DNA of 64,000 bases from Lama guanicoe (taxonomy: Eukaryota), in assembly GCA_013239625.1 (NCBI GenBank), contig MU054041.1, positions 62,001 through 126,000 of the forward strand, in the 5' to 3' direction. The position numbers and the translations under genes were made by a program. Every line of letters begins with the position of its first letter. The first letter of the stretch is position 1. Below are positions 12,501-26,364 of the stretch, piece after piece. Below the pieces are notes generated by a model. It was not told where the DNA came from. It searched no databases and saw only the letters and a program-made list of their open reading frames with translations.

Positions 12501-14159
12501 AACAATACAATAGCAATACCACTTTTTTGTTGTTGTTCTATTGACAGCAGTAAATGACGCAAAAATCCTGCTTTCCTGGGGCTAGATGTTGTGTATCTGA
12601 TGAGTCTGTGCATACCATTTCATGTACAGGACTACCTAACACAGGAAAAAATGTTTTTCCCTTTGGAATTACATAATTTTGCATGACACAACTACATGGT
12701 AGATACCTTAAATGAATGTTGGAAAGCACAGTAATGTAAAAAGTTGAATATATTTACACTTTTTAAAAATGTTACAAAAGTAACATGATTTTACTAATGT
12801 TAAAATGTCACTAGTAGTTCTACCCAGTTAGTTGTCTCCCAGTTATATGAGTTTTCTACAGAACATGTGACTATCAAAGCCTCAGATTCTAGAGTTAAAG
12901 AAAAGTCTGGATATTCTTGTTTATGTTCTCCAATTCTTTGCATTTCAGTTACAATTGTTATGATTTGGTACCATGTCTAGTTAGAACTTAGAATTTCCTC
13001 AACAGAAGAAACAAGAAAAGAGATTAGACAAAAAAGCAAGCAAAACTCAGAAATACTAAAATCATGATGATAGACCAAAAAGAAGATTAGAAACCATGTT
13101 ATACCTGATATAACAGTGTTGAAATATTAATATTTAGAGATGAATGGCAATACTACCTTGATATAAGAAAATAAAATTTATTCAGTTAGAGATGACAATG
13201 ACTTATGAAAGTAATTCAAATTAAAGAAAAAACTTACTGACTGGAAACATGTTATTTCCCAACGTTATTGAAAATATCTTTTACATCAACAAGTCTGGAA
13301 TTCAGAAGCATCTGGTGGACATATTTTGGATTGAAATTGTTTTGGGAAATTATTTCTCTGTGAAGACCACCACTCCCCTTCATGAGGAAATAGGATCATG
13401 ATAACCATACAACCATCATCATTAGCCTCATTTTTGTAACTACTTGTGGTTATTATATCTTTTTATTTAGATTACATTATTTTCAGAGTGCAATCACAGA
13501 TACTATGTTACATATATTATTAGTTATAGTAAAACTGAATTTTGAATGAGATATAAAATATATAGATAGATGGATACATGGGTAGATACATAAATCATAT
13601 TTATTATTAGAAAAGGCAAAAAATGTAACCTTATTTTTTATACCTAAAAATTCATCTAGCTGTATCATTCATCAAAACTTTCACACCAGTCTCCTTAATT
13701 TTTGATAAGCTACATGCAGCTAAAGACTTCAGAGAAAATTGTTCACTTAATTGAAGATATTCACTAGCTAAACTCATTGAAACTGATGCTCCAAAAGGGC
13801 TCTGTAAATCAAGTGTGAAATGCATCCACCTAGAGAACTGACGTTGATGAAGACTGTCTGACACAATGAAGTGCAGTTAAATAACTGGGGGTTGGGGGGC
13901 TGTTTCTGTCTCAGATCAACTTTTAAATCTATATCTAAGACACATTTCTGTCTCCTGGTTACCCCTTCAGAAAGGAAGCATATTGACTGCATTCTGAGGA
14001 GAAAACAAATATTTTTTATGAATGAACTGACTTACTCTAGTGAACTTCTAGTATGCATCAGAAAGAACACGTCTTTTTTACTCCTCACTTGAATATTCCC
14101 TCCTCCTATTTTCACTTCTTCAGCCTGGTTACATTAGGAAATTAGCTTTCACCTGTGCT

Positions 14160-14980
14160 CTTCATCCCACACCTATCTATTTTGAAACCAGGAGCCAAGA
14201 TGACCTTTAAGAAACATAAATAAGATTTTATCACTCCTCTGCTCAAACCCTCCAATAATGCCCACTTCCTCATGAAACTAGAGTTTGGTGCTCATTATAT
14301 TTCTAAACTTGTCTATGTGGTCTCATTCCTTCCAGTCACACTGAGTTCCTTGCTGTTTTTCAAATGTCAAAAATGCATTTGTATTTGCTGGTCCCTTTTT
14401 CTGGGACATTCTTTCAATAAATCAGTTGTCAACAAATGATAGACCATAGGCCAAATTCAGTCCACTGCCTGTTTTTGTGAATAAAGTTTACTGGAATACA
14501 GCTACACTCATTTCCTTATGTATGATCTATGGCTAATTTTGCACTACAGAGTTGAGTGGTTATGGCAGAATTTATGGCCTACTAATACTAAGCCTAAAAT
14601 ATTTACTGTCTGGTTTGGTATTGAAAAATTTACTAAACCCTGGTGTAGATGAGGGTATGGCTCCTGACCAGGTGTACCCTGTAAACTTACCACCACCCCT
14701 ACTTCACACACTTTTGCACACTCACCCCTTTATGACTTTGCTTAATGTTATTTTATCCAAGATTTTCCTAACCACTCTCAATCAAATACTAGGTACCTTC
14801 ATGCCCATCATCATTTACTTTCACCTTACTAAGTCTAACTTTTTAAAAATATAATCATCAGCCTAAATATCAAATATTCATTAGAGTTTCTTTCCACTAG
14901 TAGTAAAGTCAAAGAAAGAAGGAATGTTTCATATTTTGTTCAGTGCTGTGTTTGCAGAGTCTAGGACAGAGTAAATGACT
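14160..14980 (+). mobile_element. LINE-2 fragment interrupted by MER58A
   Basis: atcactcctctgctcaaaccctccaat, an L2 hallmark, and an L2-like 3' end near 14890-14980. Confidence 0.65.
14423..14642 (+). mobile_element. MER58A (hAT-Charlie)
   Basis: ggccaaattcagtccactgcctgtttttgtgaataaagtttactggaa ... aagcctaaaatatttactgtctgg. Confidence 0.88.
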
Positions 14981-15184
14981 GTATCTTAGTTATATCATAT
15001 TCAAAGTCACTTTTGAACACAGCACTTTAAATCAGGCAGATCAGCAAAGACTATGAATAGTAGATAAACTACTGCCCTTATCATTCAATCACACACTACT
15101 GGAAACTATGGGAAAAAAAACCCATACATGAATAATTATTCATGTTGTTAATTACAACATAATTTAACCAGAAATCAAATAATT

Positions 15185-15870
15185 ATCAATGTATTTATGA
15201 AATATTAAGCATTATTGTGTGAATCCTATAATAAGCTCTGAACAATACAGATATAAGTCCTTGTTACATGTTTTATGGGTTAAAAATGGATAGACAAAAA
15301 TGTAAATCGATCAGTCAATGCAGTCAGGGAAACAGATGCTGAAAAGAAAGAATGAAGGAGCAGTACTGACTACAGCAACAGTAGTTGGAATATTCTAAAT
15401 AATAACTAGAATATTTTTAGAGGAAATATTAATGACCAGAGATCAAAATTATGTGAAGGATCCAGCCATTCTGGAGTAAGAGCTTTATAAGCATATAAAA
15501 TAGCATGTATGAAGTTCCTACTATAATAGAAACTTGGTATATTCAGAACTCTACAAAGGCATTGCAACTGGGAAGTAGGAAGCAATAGATAAAGGAGGAG
15601 TGTAGACTTAGTGAATGAGTTGTTCGCTTATATAAGAGGTCTTACAAAATGCAGCTGGATGATTTATTTTATATATAGTTGAAGTCCACTAAGAGTTTAT
15701 TAAAAAGAAATGCAATATTTTAAGACATTTATGCTAGTGTCCATGTATAAAAAGGACTGAACGGGAAAGATGGATGTAGAGACAATTTAAGATGCTGTTA
15801 GGACAGTCCAAGTGAGAAGCAATAGTGGCCTGGCCCAGAATGGTGGCCAGATGATAAGAAGTGGATATGT
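15185..15870 (-). mobile_element. LINE-2 fragment, highly diverged
   Basis: Purine-rich antisense L2 pattern ending cagtccaagtgagaagcaatagtggcctgg...gaagtggat. Confidence 0.6.
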
Positions 15871-15874
15871 TTGC

Positions 15875-16010
15875 TGTGATACAGTTCTCCATGGATCTCC
15901 TACATTTCTGCACACTTTATATTAACTTTTGTTTTGGAGTTTCTTTTTAAATGTATTTGTACAGCAAATAACTTTAGAATATGGAAATAGTGTCACCCCA
16001 CATGACAGAC
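15875..16010 (+). mobile_element. ERVL-class LTR 5' fragment (MER54-like)
   Basis: tgtgatacagttctccatggatctcctacatttctgcac ... gaaatagtgtc resembles the recalled MER54 start. The family assignment is uncertain. Confidence 0.55.
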
Positions 16011-16019
16011 GAAAGATTT

Positions 16020-16830
16020 TGTTGTAGGACAGAGTTACAAAAAAGAGAACTGTACAGGGAAAAAAAAATCCAGAGGTATTCAAAGAGTCCATTTAAAGTA
16101 TTTAGTTGAGTACTGTTCAATGCATGGATCTGAAGAAAATGTTAGAGGCCAGAAAAAGACCCCCATGAAAAACTTGGAGAAAACGGTATCTGGAGCTCGA
16201 AGAGGAATGGGAGTGTTACCAGTTTCCATCAGTCAGACTGGAAAACTTCATACTTCCATAATGAGGAGAAACAGCAATCAATTGAACTAACCAAGAAATG
16301 AAACTGATGACAGAATTAGTGGACAGAGACACTATAAAACAGTGTGTTTCTACATTTTAAAGAAGTTTTTGAACATGTAAAGACATGGACAATACTTTAA
16401 AAAGTCCAAATCTAATTTCTGTCATTTAAAACTGCAATGTGTGATATGAAAAATATACTGTGTAAGATTGAGAGATTAGACAATACAGAATAAAAGATTA
16501 GCAGTGATATTGAAAACACCAGTGATAAATATTTACTACCCTAAATAATACACAGAGAAAGAGAGAACTTTTTAGAAAAAATGAAAAGCGATGTGTGGGA
16601 TAACAGTAAGTAGCCGCATATTTATAATTGGAGTCCTCAGAATGATGAGTAAAAAAAAAAAAGAAAAAGAAAGGAAAGGAAGAAAGGGAAAGAAGGGAAG
16701 AAAGGAAGGAAGGGAAGTGAGGGAAGAAAGAGAAACAAAGAGAAAGAACATTTTTGTGGAGTTAATGAAAATCTACAGATCCAAGACTCTTATCAAATGA
16801 AAGAAAGGAAGTCATGAAGAAAACGATAGG
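16020..16830 (+). mobile_element. Ancient LINE-1 5'/ORF1 remnant with an internal GA-rich tract (16650-16748)
   Basis: A-rich ORF1-like text (gagagattagacaatacagaataaaagattag, ataattggagtcctcagaa). Confidence 0.65.
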
Positions 16831-16833
16831 CAT

Positions 16834-17490
16834 TAAATAGCAACTTCCCATTTCTTCCTCTCCTCAGCCCCTGGCAACCACCATTCTACTCTGCTTCCAT
16901 GAGTTGGAGTATTTTAAATACCACATTTAAGTGGAATTATGCAGAATTTGTCCTCCTGTGCCCACCTTATTTACATAGAATAATATCCTAAAGATTCATC
17001 CAGGTTGTTGCAAATGACAGAATTTCTTTCTCTTTTAAAGCCAAATAATATTCCATTGTATGTATTCCACTGCATTCTCTTTATCTAGTCAACTATCAAT
17101 ACACATTTAGATTATTTTCCTATTTTGGCTATTGTGAATAATGCTGCAGTAAATATGGGAATGTAGACATTTAATCAAGATCCTGATTTCAGTTATTTTG
17201 GATATACCCAGAAGTGGGATCTCTGAGTCATATGGTAGTTTTATTTTTTAGTTTTTCGGGAGCTGCCATACTGTTTTCCATTTTATAGTCCCACCAACAG
17301 TGTACAAGTGTTCCAGTTTGTCAACATCCTCATTAACACTTGTTGTATCTTATCTTTTTTTAAAACAGTGTGAGGTAACATATTATTGTGCCTTTCATTT
17401 GTAATTCCCTGATAGTGAGGCTGGCATCTTTTTGTACCTTTTGATCATTTGTGTATTTTTCTTCAGAGAAATTTCTGTTCAAGTTTATTT
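16834..17490 (-). mobile_element. LINE-1 (L1MA-like) 3' portion
   Basis: cccctggcaaccaccattctactctgcttccatgag, ggctattgtgaataatgctgca, cccaccaacagtgtacaag. Confidence 0.88.
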
Positions 17491-17695
17491 CATCTATTTC
17501 ATTTCTCAAATACCAAAAGACTGATATGAGAACTATTAGAGCATTTATCTTACTAAATCACAAGGATTTAATGGCATGCACCTCTTTCCATCTAAGATCA
17601 GATAGCACATCATAGGAATCTTTGTATTTCAGCCCCTCACTCAATGCCTGACACAGAGCAACTGGTTAGTTAAAATAAAATAGTTTTCTGATGTT

Positions 17696-18325
17696 CTACC
17701 ATATGATCCAGTCCCACTCCTGGGCATATATCTGGAGGAAAATCAAAAAGATACATGCATCCCAATGTTCATAGCAGCACTATTTACAATAGCCAAGACA
17801 TAGAAGCAACTTGAAAATGTCCATCAACAGATGACTTGATAAAGAAGGTGAGGTATAGATACACAATGGAATACTACTCAGCTATAAAAAAGAATAAAAT
17901 AATGTCATTTGCAGCAACATGGATGGATCTGGATATCGTCATTCTAAGTGAAGTAAGCCAGAAATGTAAAGAAAAATACCATATGGTATCACTCATATAT
18001 TGAATCTCAAAAAGAAAAAAAAACATAAAAAGAGGACACTAATGAACTCATCTACAAAACAGAAACAGGCTCACAGACATAGTAAACAACTTATGGTTAC
18101 TAGGGGTAACGGGGTACAAAAAAGATAATTTTGGGAGTTTGAGATTTGCAAATGTTAACCACTATATATAAAAATAGATTTAAAAAATTCTGTATAGCAC
18201 AGGGAACTATATTCAATATCTTGTAATAACCTTTAATGAAAAAGAATATGAAAATAAAAGTACGCCTGGGACATTATGCTGTATACCAGAAATTGATACA
18301 TTGTAACTGACTACAATTCAGTTAC
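17696..18325 (+). mobile_element. 5'-truncated LINE-1 3' end (ORF2 C-terminus plus UTR) followed by a CA microsatellite
   Basis: ctaccatatgatcca..., atgttcatagcagcactatttacaatagccaagac, ctgtatagcacagggaactatattcaatatcttg. Confidence 0.93.
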
Positions 18326-21091
18326 ACACACACAGAGAATACACACACACACACACACTGAATGAATGAATGAATTCAGAAAACTGCTTATAGGAGTAAT
18401 TTATATTTACCTAAGGGTAACTTGATATTGTGTACTAGCATACTAATATCTTATTTGCTGAATATTCAGTAATACCTTACTAACTACCAGTAAAAACTTT
18501 ATTTCCTCACAGGCTGCACAAAATGATTACACATTATTTGACCTTTTTTTTATTACTGTGTTCAAAAATCTTTCTTGACTTGACAGCATTATTTTAAATA
18601 TTCATGTAAGTTGCCTTTAGGGTTAGTTTTATTTAACCAGTAGCATTAACTTTGCTGCCAGGTATCCTAAATTATGTGACGAGTTAATTTTAAACATAGG
18701 ACTGTCAATCTTTCTAAATTAAGCTCAGGATCAAGGAGTGTGGTAAGGGTCAATCCAGTGGATTTACTTTGAGGTAGAGGAACTGCCTGTGGGGAACTAA
18801 TTAAAGAAAAGATCTCCAATCTGTTCCCCTCATCCCACGTTAGGCCTAGGGCATCCTCTTGTCTTTTATGAATAGTTTAATGAGCAGGGCTGTCAGATAT
18901 ATGCCCTGTTCTAGCATCAGCGTACTGTATGACCTTAAATAAAGTACCAAGCCCTTCCAAACTGCAGTTATCTACTTTTTTAAAGGTAATAACTTTCTCA
19001 TAATACTTCTGGGAGAAAGAAATGAAATAGTGCATATAACATACATAGCATAAAATGGCATTCAAAAAATAGAAATGTAGTTTTTAAATTTTGTTTGACC
19101 TCATTTTAAAATAAAAGTCAAATATTCCTGAAATAGATAAATCAATAAAAGATTAAAGCTGTTAAAATCTATATCTCAAAATTAATATAAAAGGCAAAAA
19201 TGATCCAGATCTACCTTGGAAAGCTAGAGAAAGTGTTTGGTTTAAGCTAAAAGTAACTCCAAATAATTTTTTCAAAAATCTAAAGTGGTACATCTTGAGA
19301 ATCATTTTATCAAGCATTTCTTGAAAAGGTTAAAAAAAGAACCTTCTCTGAGGATAGTTCAGATGCTGTACTAAAAAGTCTTAAACTCAGAAAATTCAAG
19401 TTCTCACCTTTAGTTCTCACTGAAATCTATGTGTTTGAATGAGGCAATTTCCTATTTTTACTATCATTGAACAGCTTAGAACTATAAAAGCAAAAGCAGA
19501 AAGTAACTGCTTTACTTTTCCTCAGAGAAAGCTTTAACAATCTACCCTACAGCCTTCAAGTAGCTGCCTGAAAGATGGCCCAAAAGATATGCATATAGGT
19601 GTGTCTGTGTGTATGTGTATAAACATGGATGCACGTGTGTACATACATACATGTAAATATGTGTATATATATGCTATTTAATGCACACTATTGTTTATGT
19701 TTACTTTAGAACACTAACGGAATGAGCTGAGCATAAAAACTCAAATGTTTAAAATGTCTTTCATCGTAGATATAGAAATAGTTGGTAAAATATCATTTTT
19801 GACTTAGCTTGAGAACTCTGACTCTAAAAAGTTCCAGGCAATATTAAAAGCATAGGCTTTCTTTAATACATACAACCTGGCTAATTGTTTAAGAATGAGT
19901 TTTCTTAGTCGATGCTAATTGACTTTCTGTCAAGTAATAATATTTGAAAAGCCTGTAAGTGATTACTAGAGCTCAACCTTTTTCCAATGATTTTAATGTG
20001 TGGAAAATTGGTTAGTAATCAGTCTGATAGAGCTTTCAACCTTAGGTTGGTGGTACAGGCTGACCTGATTAGTATTCTGCTATTCTTGTTGTTTAGAAAT
20101 AGTTTATGCTCAAACATTCATTTTCAAATGACGACTATGACAACTTAATTAAAGCTTAAAACTCTAGTAGCTGTTGAAGATCATACATAATCCAATTACT
20201 TTTTATTCAATTAATTTAATAGCAAACCACTTTGCAGTAATTACTGTTAATCCCCTGATTTTTTTCTTCTCAGCTGTTTATCAATGGCCTGTGAGATATC
20301 TTAGAGGAAATCATATTGGGTCATAATTATCAGCAGTCCCAGCTGGAATTAATGACTAAAGAATATTTAATTACCACAAATTCTCCGTATCTACAATAGT
20401 TTGAAAAAGAGATAGTAGTAATATAGTTAAGAGAGTTCCATTTAGTCTGAAGAGTTGGGATTTCTTGATTTAATATGACTAGCCCAATTTCAAAACCAGT
20501 GAAAATGGAATAAAAAATGCATGTCAAGATGTTGATTCATTTCTTTTCAGTTTTGGTGTACCTGTTTATTGTAATTTAAAATAACTGAAGTCATCATTAT
20601 TTACAATTCCATTTTGCTTTTGCTCTTTATGAAAAACATTTATACCATTAAATACTCCTCGATAATGTTACTTTAACAGCTGCATACTATTTCACTTTAC
20701 AGGTGATGATTTTACCAATCTTCTACTTTTGAATATTATATTGTTTCATCTTTTATTCTCATTAAGAGCGACTATTCCTCTGCATGTTTTGCATATTTTG
20801 TTATTTTTCTCTGAAGTAGGATTACTGTATCAAAGATTGTCTTTTTTGAAAATTACTTTTAGCAGTGTTGTACCAGTATATACCCCATAGCACTGTATGA
20901 AAGGCCAGAGCTCTGAATACTAGTCATTAATTTTATGTATAACAGCAATTCCTGTTACTATACTGCATGACACTAGAATTAACACAGGATTATTGTATTT
21001 TTGTATCCCTAATGCCTGTGTGCTTATATAACAGAAACAACTGAATTATATTTTTGTGTCATAAACTTAAAAGAAACATTCCTCTATAAAT

Positions 21092-21450
21092 CTTAGGCTA
21101 AGTTACGCTATGGTGGAAAAACATCGAGCCCAGAATCTCAATTGCTTACACAGTAAAAGAAGTTTACCTCTGCTAAGTCTCTGTTCAATATCCACTTCAC
21201 TCCAGAATTTGGCTGGTAAGAGCCACCCATACTGGGCACATTGCCAGGCCCACAACTGAGGGAAGAGATGGTGATATCATACTCTTAAAGCTTCTGCTTG
21301 GAATTTCCACGTGACCTGCCCACACATTCATGCTTAAAGCTAATGTGTCTATGCCTGCTATCTATAAGACAGTAAATATAATTCTCCCATAGGGAGGGTC
21401 CAGAAAGAAGGAACAGTAAATATTTTGACAATACTGTAATCTAGCACATG
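21092..21450 (-). mobile_element. Old MaLR LTR (MLT1J/K-like)
   Basis: ttaggctaagttacgct...aatctcaattgcttacac... and tcttaaagcttctgcttggaa motifs. Confidence 0.55.
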
Positions 21451-22786
21451 TAGTTCATGGGATCTAATAAAAAATCATTTAAGATTATATACTTCAATGT
21501 CTAGACCATTTAAATAGATGGAGTTTTGATCCAATGGTTGACAGCTTATCAAACAGCCCAACTGAGTAAAATTGATGATTAAGAGAACCCAGCTAGTTTC
21601 TTCTCTGGTTCTTGGATCTAAATTATAATGTTTTACAACAATATATTGCCATTATATTTCAATGGAAAAAGAAATTAGAATCAAATTAAGTGTGTTATTG
21701 TATGGAATGCCTGGTTTGATCAAATAGTTTTTAAAGTAATTAACCAAACCTAGACCCATACATACATTTACACACACACATACACACACACTCCATAGAT
21801 ATATGTATATAATTATATATGATGAACATTTAAATTTCCTAGTACTAATACATCAGACTTCCAAAGTCAGTCATTTGAACCAATGGCCCTTTTAATCTAC
21901 TTAAGTCTTAGTAATAAGTGAATAATGAGGAATAAGTACCTCACTTCTGATGGAAGAACCTTAGGAGAGGAAGAAAGTATGAGGCAGCCCTACTTTTGAT
22001 GGATAGAGGTAAGTATATTTAAAAAAAAAAAAGAATTACAAGAGGATTAAGCACCATAAATTGGGTCCAAGGTGATTCTCTCACTACATTCTACTTATTC
22101 TGAGGATGTTCTGATGCCAAATGCAGCTTACTCAATTCTCCCTAAACAGAAGCCTTGATGGAACTTCTTCACAGCTGAATCAAGATCCATGACCACTATT
22201 ATCAATTTTCATCCCTCACTACCTGCAACAAATCTAATATGGTTAGTTTTCAGTACCCGGATGTGGCATTGATTCTACCCTCTGACCCACACATTCCCAC
22301 ATGATGACCACGTTCCTAACAAGAACAGTCCATGTCTAATGTGCTGACAAATTCTAACACGTGATGAACCATCTACAGTAAAGAAGCTGACAACTGGCAG
22401 ACTGAGAAGCTGTATCATGTAGAATAAAGAAATATGTAATCTGGATATGACAGCAGTCTAGCCAGTGTATCTGTTGTCCTACTGATAAAATAACTTGACT
22501 GATCTGCTTAGACAGTGTGCCATGGTTACCTTTCTGAAACTTTCCAAGAAGATAAATACCATTTTAGGCAAAGATATGTGAATTCCTTTTAAGTATGACC
22601 CAAGACTTGGACTAATTGGTCAGGTTTGGGCTAACTGGCTGACTAATGATACAGTGTGGATTCTATCTGGTAGTTACTGTTCTTTTATGTCATTTAATCA
22701 TAATATCTGTAATTTTTCCTAAACTACCAACTTTCCATCTTCAAAATTCTCTATGTCCACATCTTGATAACAACTTTGTAAACTTC

Positions 22787-23402
22787 AGAGGAGGAGCAAA
22801 ATACACCACGCTGGAATGTACCACTTTGGCATGTGGATTATTTCGAGACTGAAGACAACTGGGGCCCAGCAGAATCAGGAAGAGCTTTTTACCTCCCCTT
22901 AACTGCCTAAAGTAATTTAAATGGAATGCTGTACCAGGAAGCCCTACTTCTGATGGGCAGAGGTAAGGCTATATTAAAAAAGGAATTACAAGAAAATTAA
23001 GCACCGCTGAGTCTAAGGTAGTTGTCTCACTGCATTCTGCTAATTGAGAAGATACTTACTTATTCAGAGCTCATTACATTCTACTTATTCAGAGGATATT
23101 TACTTATTCAGAGCTTCTGTCAAAGAGAACTTGTTGTATCAGAAAGACTTATCTGCATGGCATGGTAAACATCTGTCTACCGAACATTTGCTTTTCTTAT
23201 CTTCCTATGAATTGTCTTCTGCCCTATTTGAAGCCCCATACCCCTACCCACTCCTCCTTAGCTCAAGACAGTATAAGCCTCAGTAGCCTGACTGCCAACA
23301 AGTCTCATATGCAATTTGTTTTGTTAATCTGTCTTATGTCAATTTAATTTAGACCAGACAAGAACCCAGAAGGGAAGAAGGGAAAACTTTTCTGTCCCTA
23401 CA
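22787..23402 (+). mobile_element. ERV1 solo LTR, MER34-like, carrying a non-LTR insertion at 22940-23113
   Basis: 5' aaaatacaccac...ccactttggcatgtggattatt and 3' gaacccagaaggg...ttttctgtccctaca match the MER34-family ends. Confidence 0.8.
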
Positions 23403-23871
23403 CATCAGAAATTTTGGAAACTCAGGGGAAAATTCCTGAACTTACTATTGTTCTTTGAAGGATTATTTTCCAGTCCATGTTAATGCCACCACTGTAGATG
23501 AAAGAATTGATGGCCTCTCATCTACATCATTATTTATGAAACCTACATCTTTAAAATGTATACTAAACCTAACCAGAAACCTTTACCTGCAATATTTTCA
23601 TTTATCATTATTCTTAATTTTTAATGATGTTATTTTGGGAAATACACATGTAACACTAACCTTAATCGCCCTCTGACTCTTGATAAAATTAGCATTACCA
23701 TCCCTCTTCCTGTGTGGTTTCTAATGTCCAGTTAGTCATGTAAAACTCAGGATAAAGGAATAGTGCTAACAGGTCATGTTCTGTATTATTAAAGCTAAGG
23801 TTCTAACACTGGAGCTACTACTGACTTTTTAATTATATCGGTTCTAAAGACTCAGATTTGGACGTGGTAGT

Positions 23872-24209
23872 TGTGTTCATCTGTTCAGACTGCTGTAACA
23901 AAATGCTACAGACTAGGTGGCCTATAAACAACAGAAATTTTTCACAGTACTTGGGGCTGGAAATCCAAGAAGCTTACCAGCATGATCTGAAGGGAACCCT
24001 CTTCCAGTTTGCAGACTGTTTTTTAACCTCACGTGGTGGAAGGGGCAAGGAATCTCCCTGTAGCATCTTTTACACATACATTAATCCATTCATGAGAGCT
24101 TGCCCTTATGAGCTAATCACTTCCTAAAGGCTCCACCTCCTAATGCCACATCACATTGGGCATTAGAACTTCAACACATGAATTTGGGGGAACACAGTCA
24201 GACAATACA
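23872..24209 (-). mobile_element. MaLR solo LTR, MLT1A-like
   Basis: gactgctgtaacaaaatgctacagactaggtggcctataaacaacagaaatt ... ttcaacacatgaatttggggg. Confidence 0.88.
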
Positions 24210-25279
24210 GTGGATCTAGTCATTATATTATTTGGTCAGTTGATATTTCAGATTATCTCAGAAAGAACGGTGATGGACATTCTGAAAAGAGAAAATCACA
24301 CTGCTAATCTCAGAAAGCTGAAGTAAAACAAACCTAACAATTACATAGTAATCATGCCAGGGAAATCAGTTGGCAAATGTTACCAATGTATTATTTTGCC
24401 TGCATTCAGTGCCACTTCCTCACGGAAAATTATTTGTATTTGTCCCACTGACTTCAGATTTCATAAAATGACTTGCTTTGTCCCCTGAAAACAGGAGTGG
24501 AAGTGACAAGGATATTGAGCAGGAGATTTCAAACCCAGCTCATGTTTCATCACAATTCATCTGCAATTACAACCAATAAAGTTTCAGAAAGAAGCTATTC
24601 ATTTAGTCTAGGTCTTGCAATAAAGATGATACAGAACACAGCCTAAGCCAACCAATGACAGACATATGGCTGGAAACAAGTATTCACTGTTGCAGCCCTT
24701 TAATATTCTAGATTGCTGTTTAACATAAACAACCTAGCCCATTCTAACTGATATAAGGATATGATAGCAATTAGTATAAAATGTGAAATTCACATAAAAT
24801 ATGAAATAATTTTAAAGAACTGAATATATATCAGAGATGTCTACTAAAGTAGACTGAGTTGTATAATACAGAACCTTGAGGGTATCTGTTCAAATAAGTA
24901 AGTAATACTAAATACGTAGGTTGTGAATTTTAAGTAATAATTATTTCTGAAGTACTTGAGGCTGGGTGAAATCTATTATTCCAAGAAGTTTAATGCAACC
25001 CTTGCAATCATGCACTACTTAACAAACTATTTACTGTGGGATAATTCAATGATTACTTCATCACTATCTGGTATGGATTACCAAAACTGTGAATAAGTCA
25101 AGGCTAGAAGTAATACAGATAAAACACACATTCTGTTGATTACTCCCAAATATCTGGATCATTACAAATAGCAGACACACTTGAATAGGAGTCCTAGTTC
25201 TGTACTTGGTTATCCGTTGTGTAATATTGTGGAATTTATTTAATTATCTACCTCAATTTCCTTAACAAAACCAATTTAT

Positions 25280-25815
25280 CAAATAGCATTTATGATGCTT
25301 GCAAAGCTTTTGGCATCGTGTTGGGCTCTGGATAATCAATAGTAAGTAAATCAAACTCGAGTGTTGACCTCACAGGGCTTAGATTATAGTTGAACAGACA
25401 AACAACAAACAAGTAACTGAATAGAAATTAAGTGATAGCAAGTGCTAAAACAGAAACTGACAGAGAGATCCTATTTAGATAAGGTGTCAGGACACATATT
25501 TCTAAGAAGATGACTTTTAAGTTAAGACCTGAAGGGTGAAGAATATCCTTCCAGGATGACACAATAACTTTTGAGAAGGTCCTAAGAAGGAAGAGATCTT
25601 GGCAGGTTCTAAGACAAGGAAAAAGGACCACATGGCCTGTGTATAGAAAAATACAATATGATACATCTGAGAGATAGTTAAAATCCTCATAAAGCCATGA
25701 CAAGGAACTTGATTTTGGTCTTAACTGTGATGACATGCCACTGAAGGGTTCTAAGCAAGGGAAAGGATATTACTTTGAATAATATGTGGAAGAGTTTGAT
25801 GAGGGGAAGAGGTGC
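25280..25815 (-). mobile_element. LINE-2 fragment
   Basis: taagaagatgacttttaagttaagacctgaagg, gccactgaagggttctaagcaaggg. Confidence 0.7.
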
Positions 25816-25829
25816 ACTGGCCAGTCTTT

Positions 25830-26160
25830 ACCACATTATAAGGCATGCACACAATCTCAGTGGCAAACAGCATGCATTTTTTTTCACTCACTGACAGATC
25901 TCTGTGTCAGCTGGACAGCTGGAAAGGCTCTGCTTCTTCCTGCGTATTGAATTCATATCTACTCCACATCTCACGTTCTCGGGGCCTGTATGTAGGGGCA
26001 TCAGTGGAGCATGTATTTCCACGGTAGAGACCAGAAACCCCCAGAGAAGTAAACAGAAACTAGTGATTTTACTCAAGGTGGAAATCTGTAAATTACACCA
26101 GATCATTTCATGCTATATTCCATTAGCCAAAGAACATCACATGGACAAGGCTACTCCTTC
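25830..26160 (-). mobile_element. MaLR LTR (MLT1I/J-like)
   Basis: aatctcagtggcaaacagc ... atattccattagccaaagaacatcacatggacaag. Confidence 0.6.
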
Positions 26161-26364
26161 CATAAAGAAAATAAGGTAGGAAAGCAAGGAGTCATATGCT
26201 AGGCTTATCTAGGTGAGACTAAGGTGTGTTCTTTATGAATATTTACTGAACAAAAAACCAAACTCCACAAAGAACAAAAAATGAATAATAAATCTACCAT
26301 AATAATTAAAATTAGAAATGATAATGGTAAAAGTGGGTATATTTGAAAACAAAGGTATCTTATA

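Noticed and set aside
16591..16800. Lys/Arg/Glu-rich ORF
   Set aside because: It is the translation of a GA-rich low-complexity tract inside an L1 remnant.
21939..21985. Possible 15-nt microexon (21945-21959, minus)
   Set aside because: The pyrimidine tract is good but the acceptor is a weak AAG, and there is no other support.
23040..23115. Short repeats with spacers, superficially CRISPR-like
   Set aside because: This is mammalian DNA, the units are 13 nt, the spacers derive from the same template and there are no cas genes. Templated insertion explains it.
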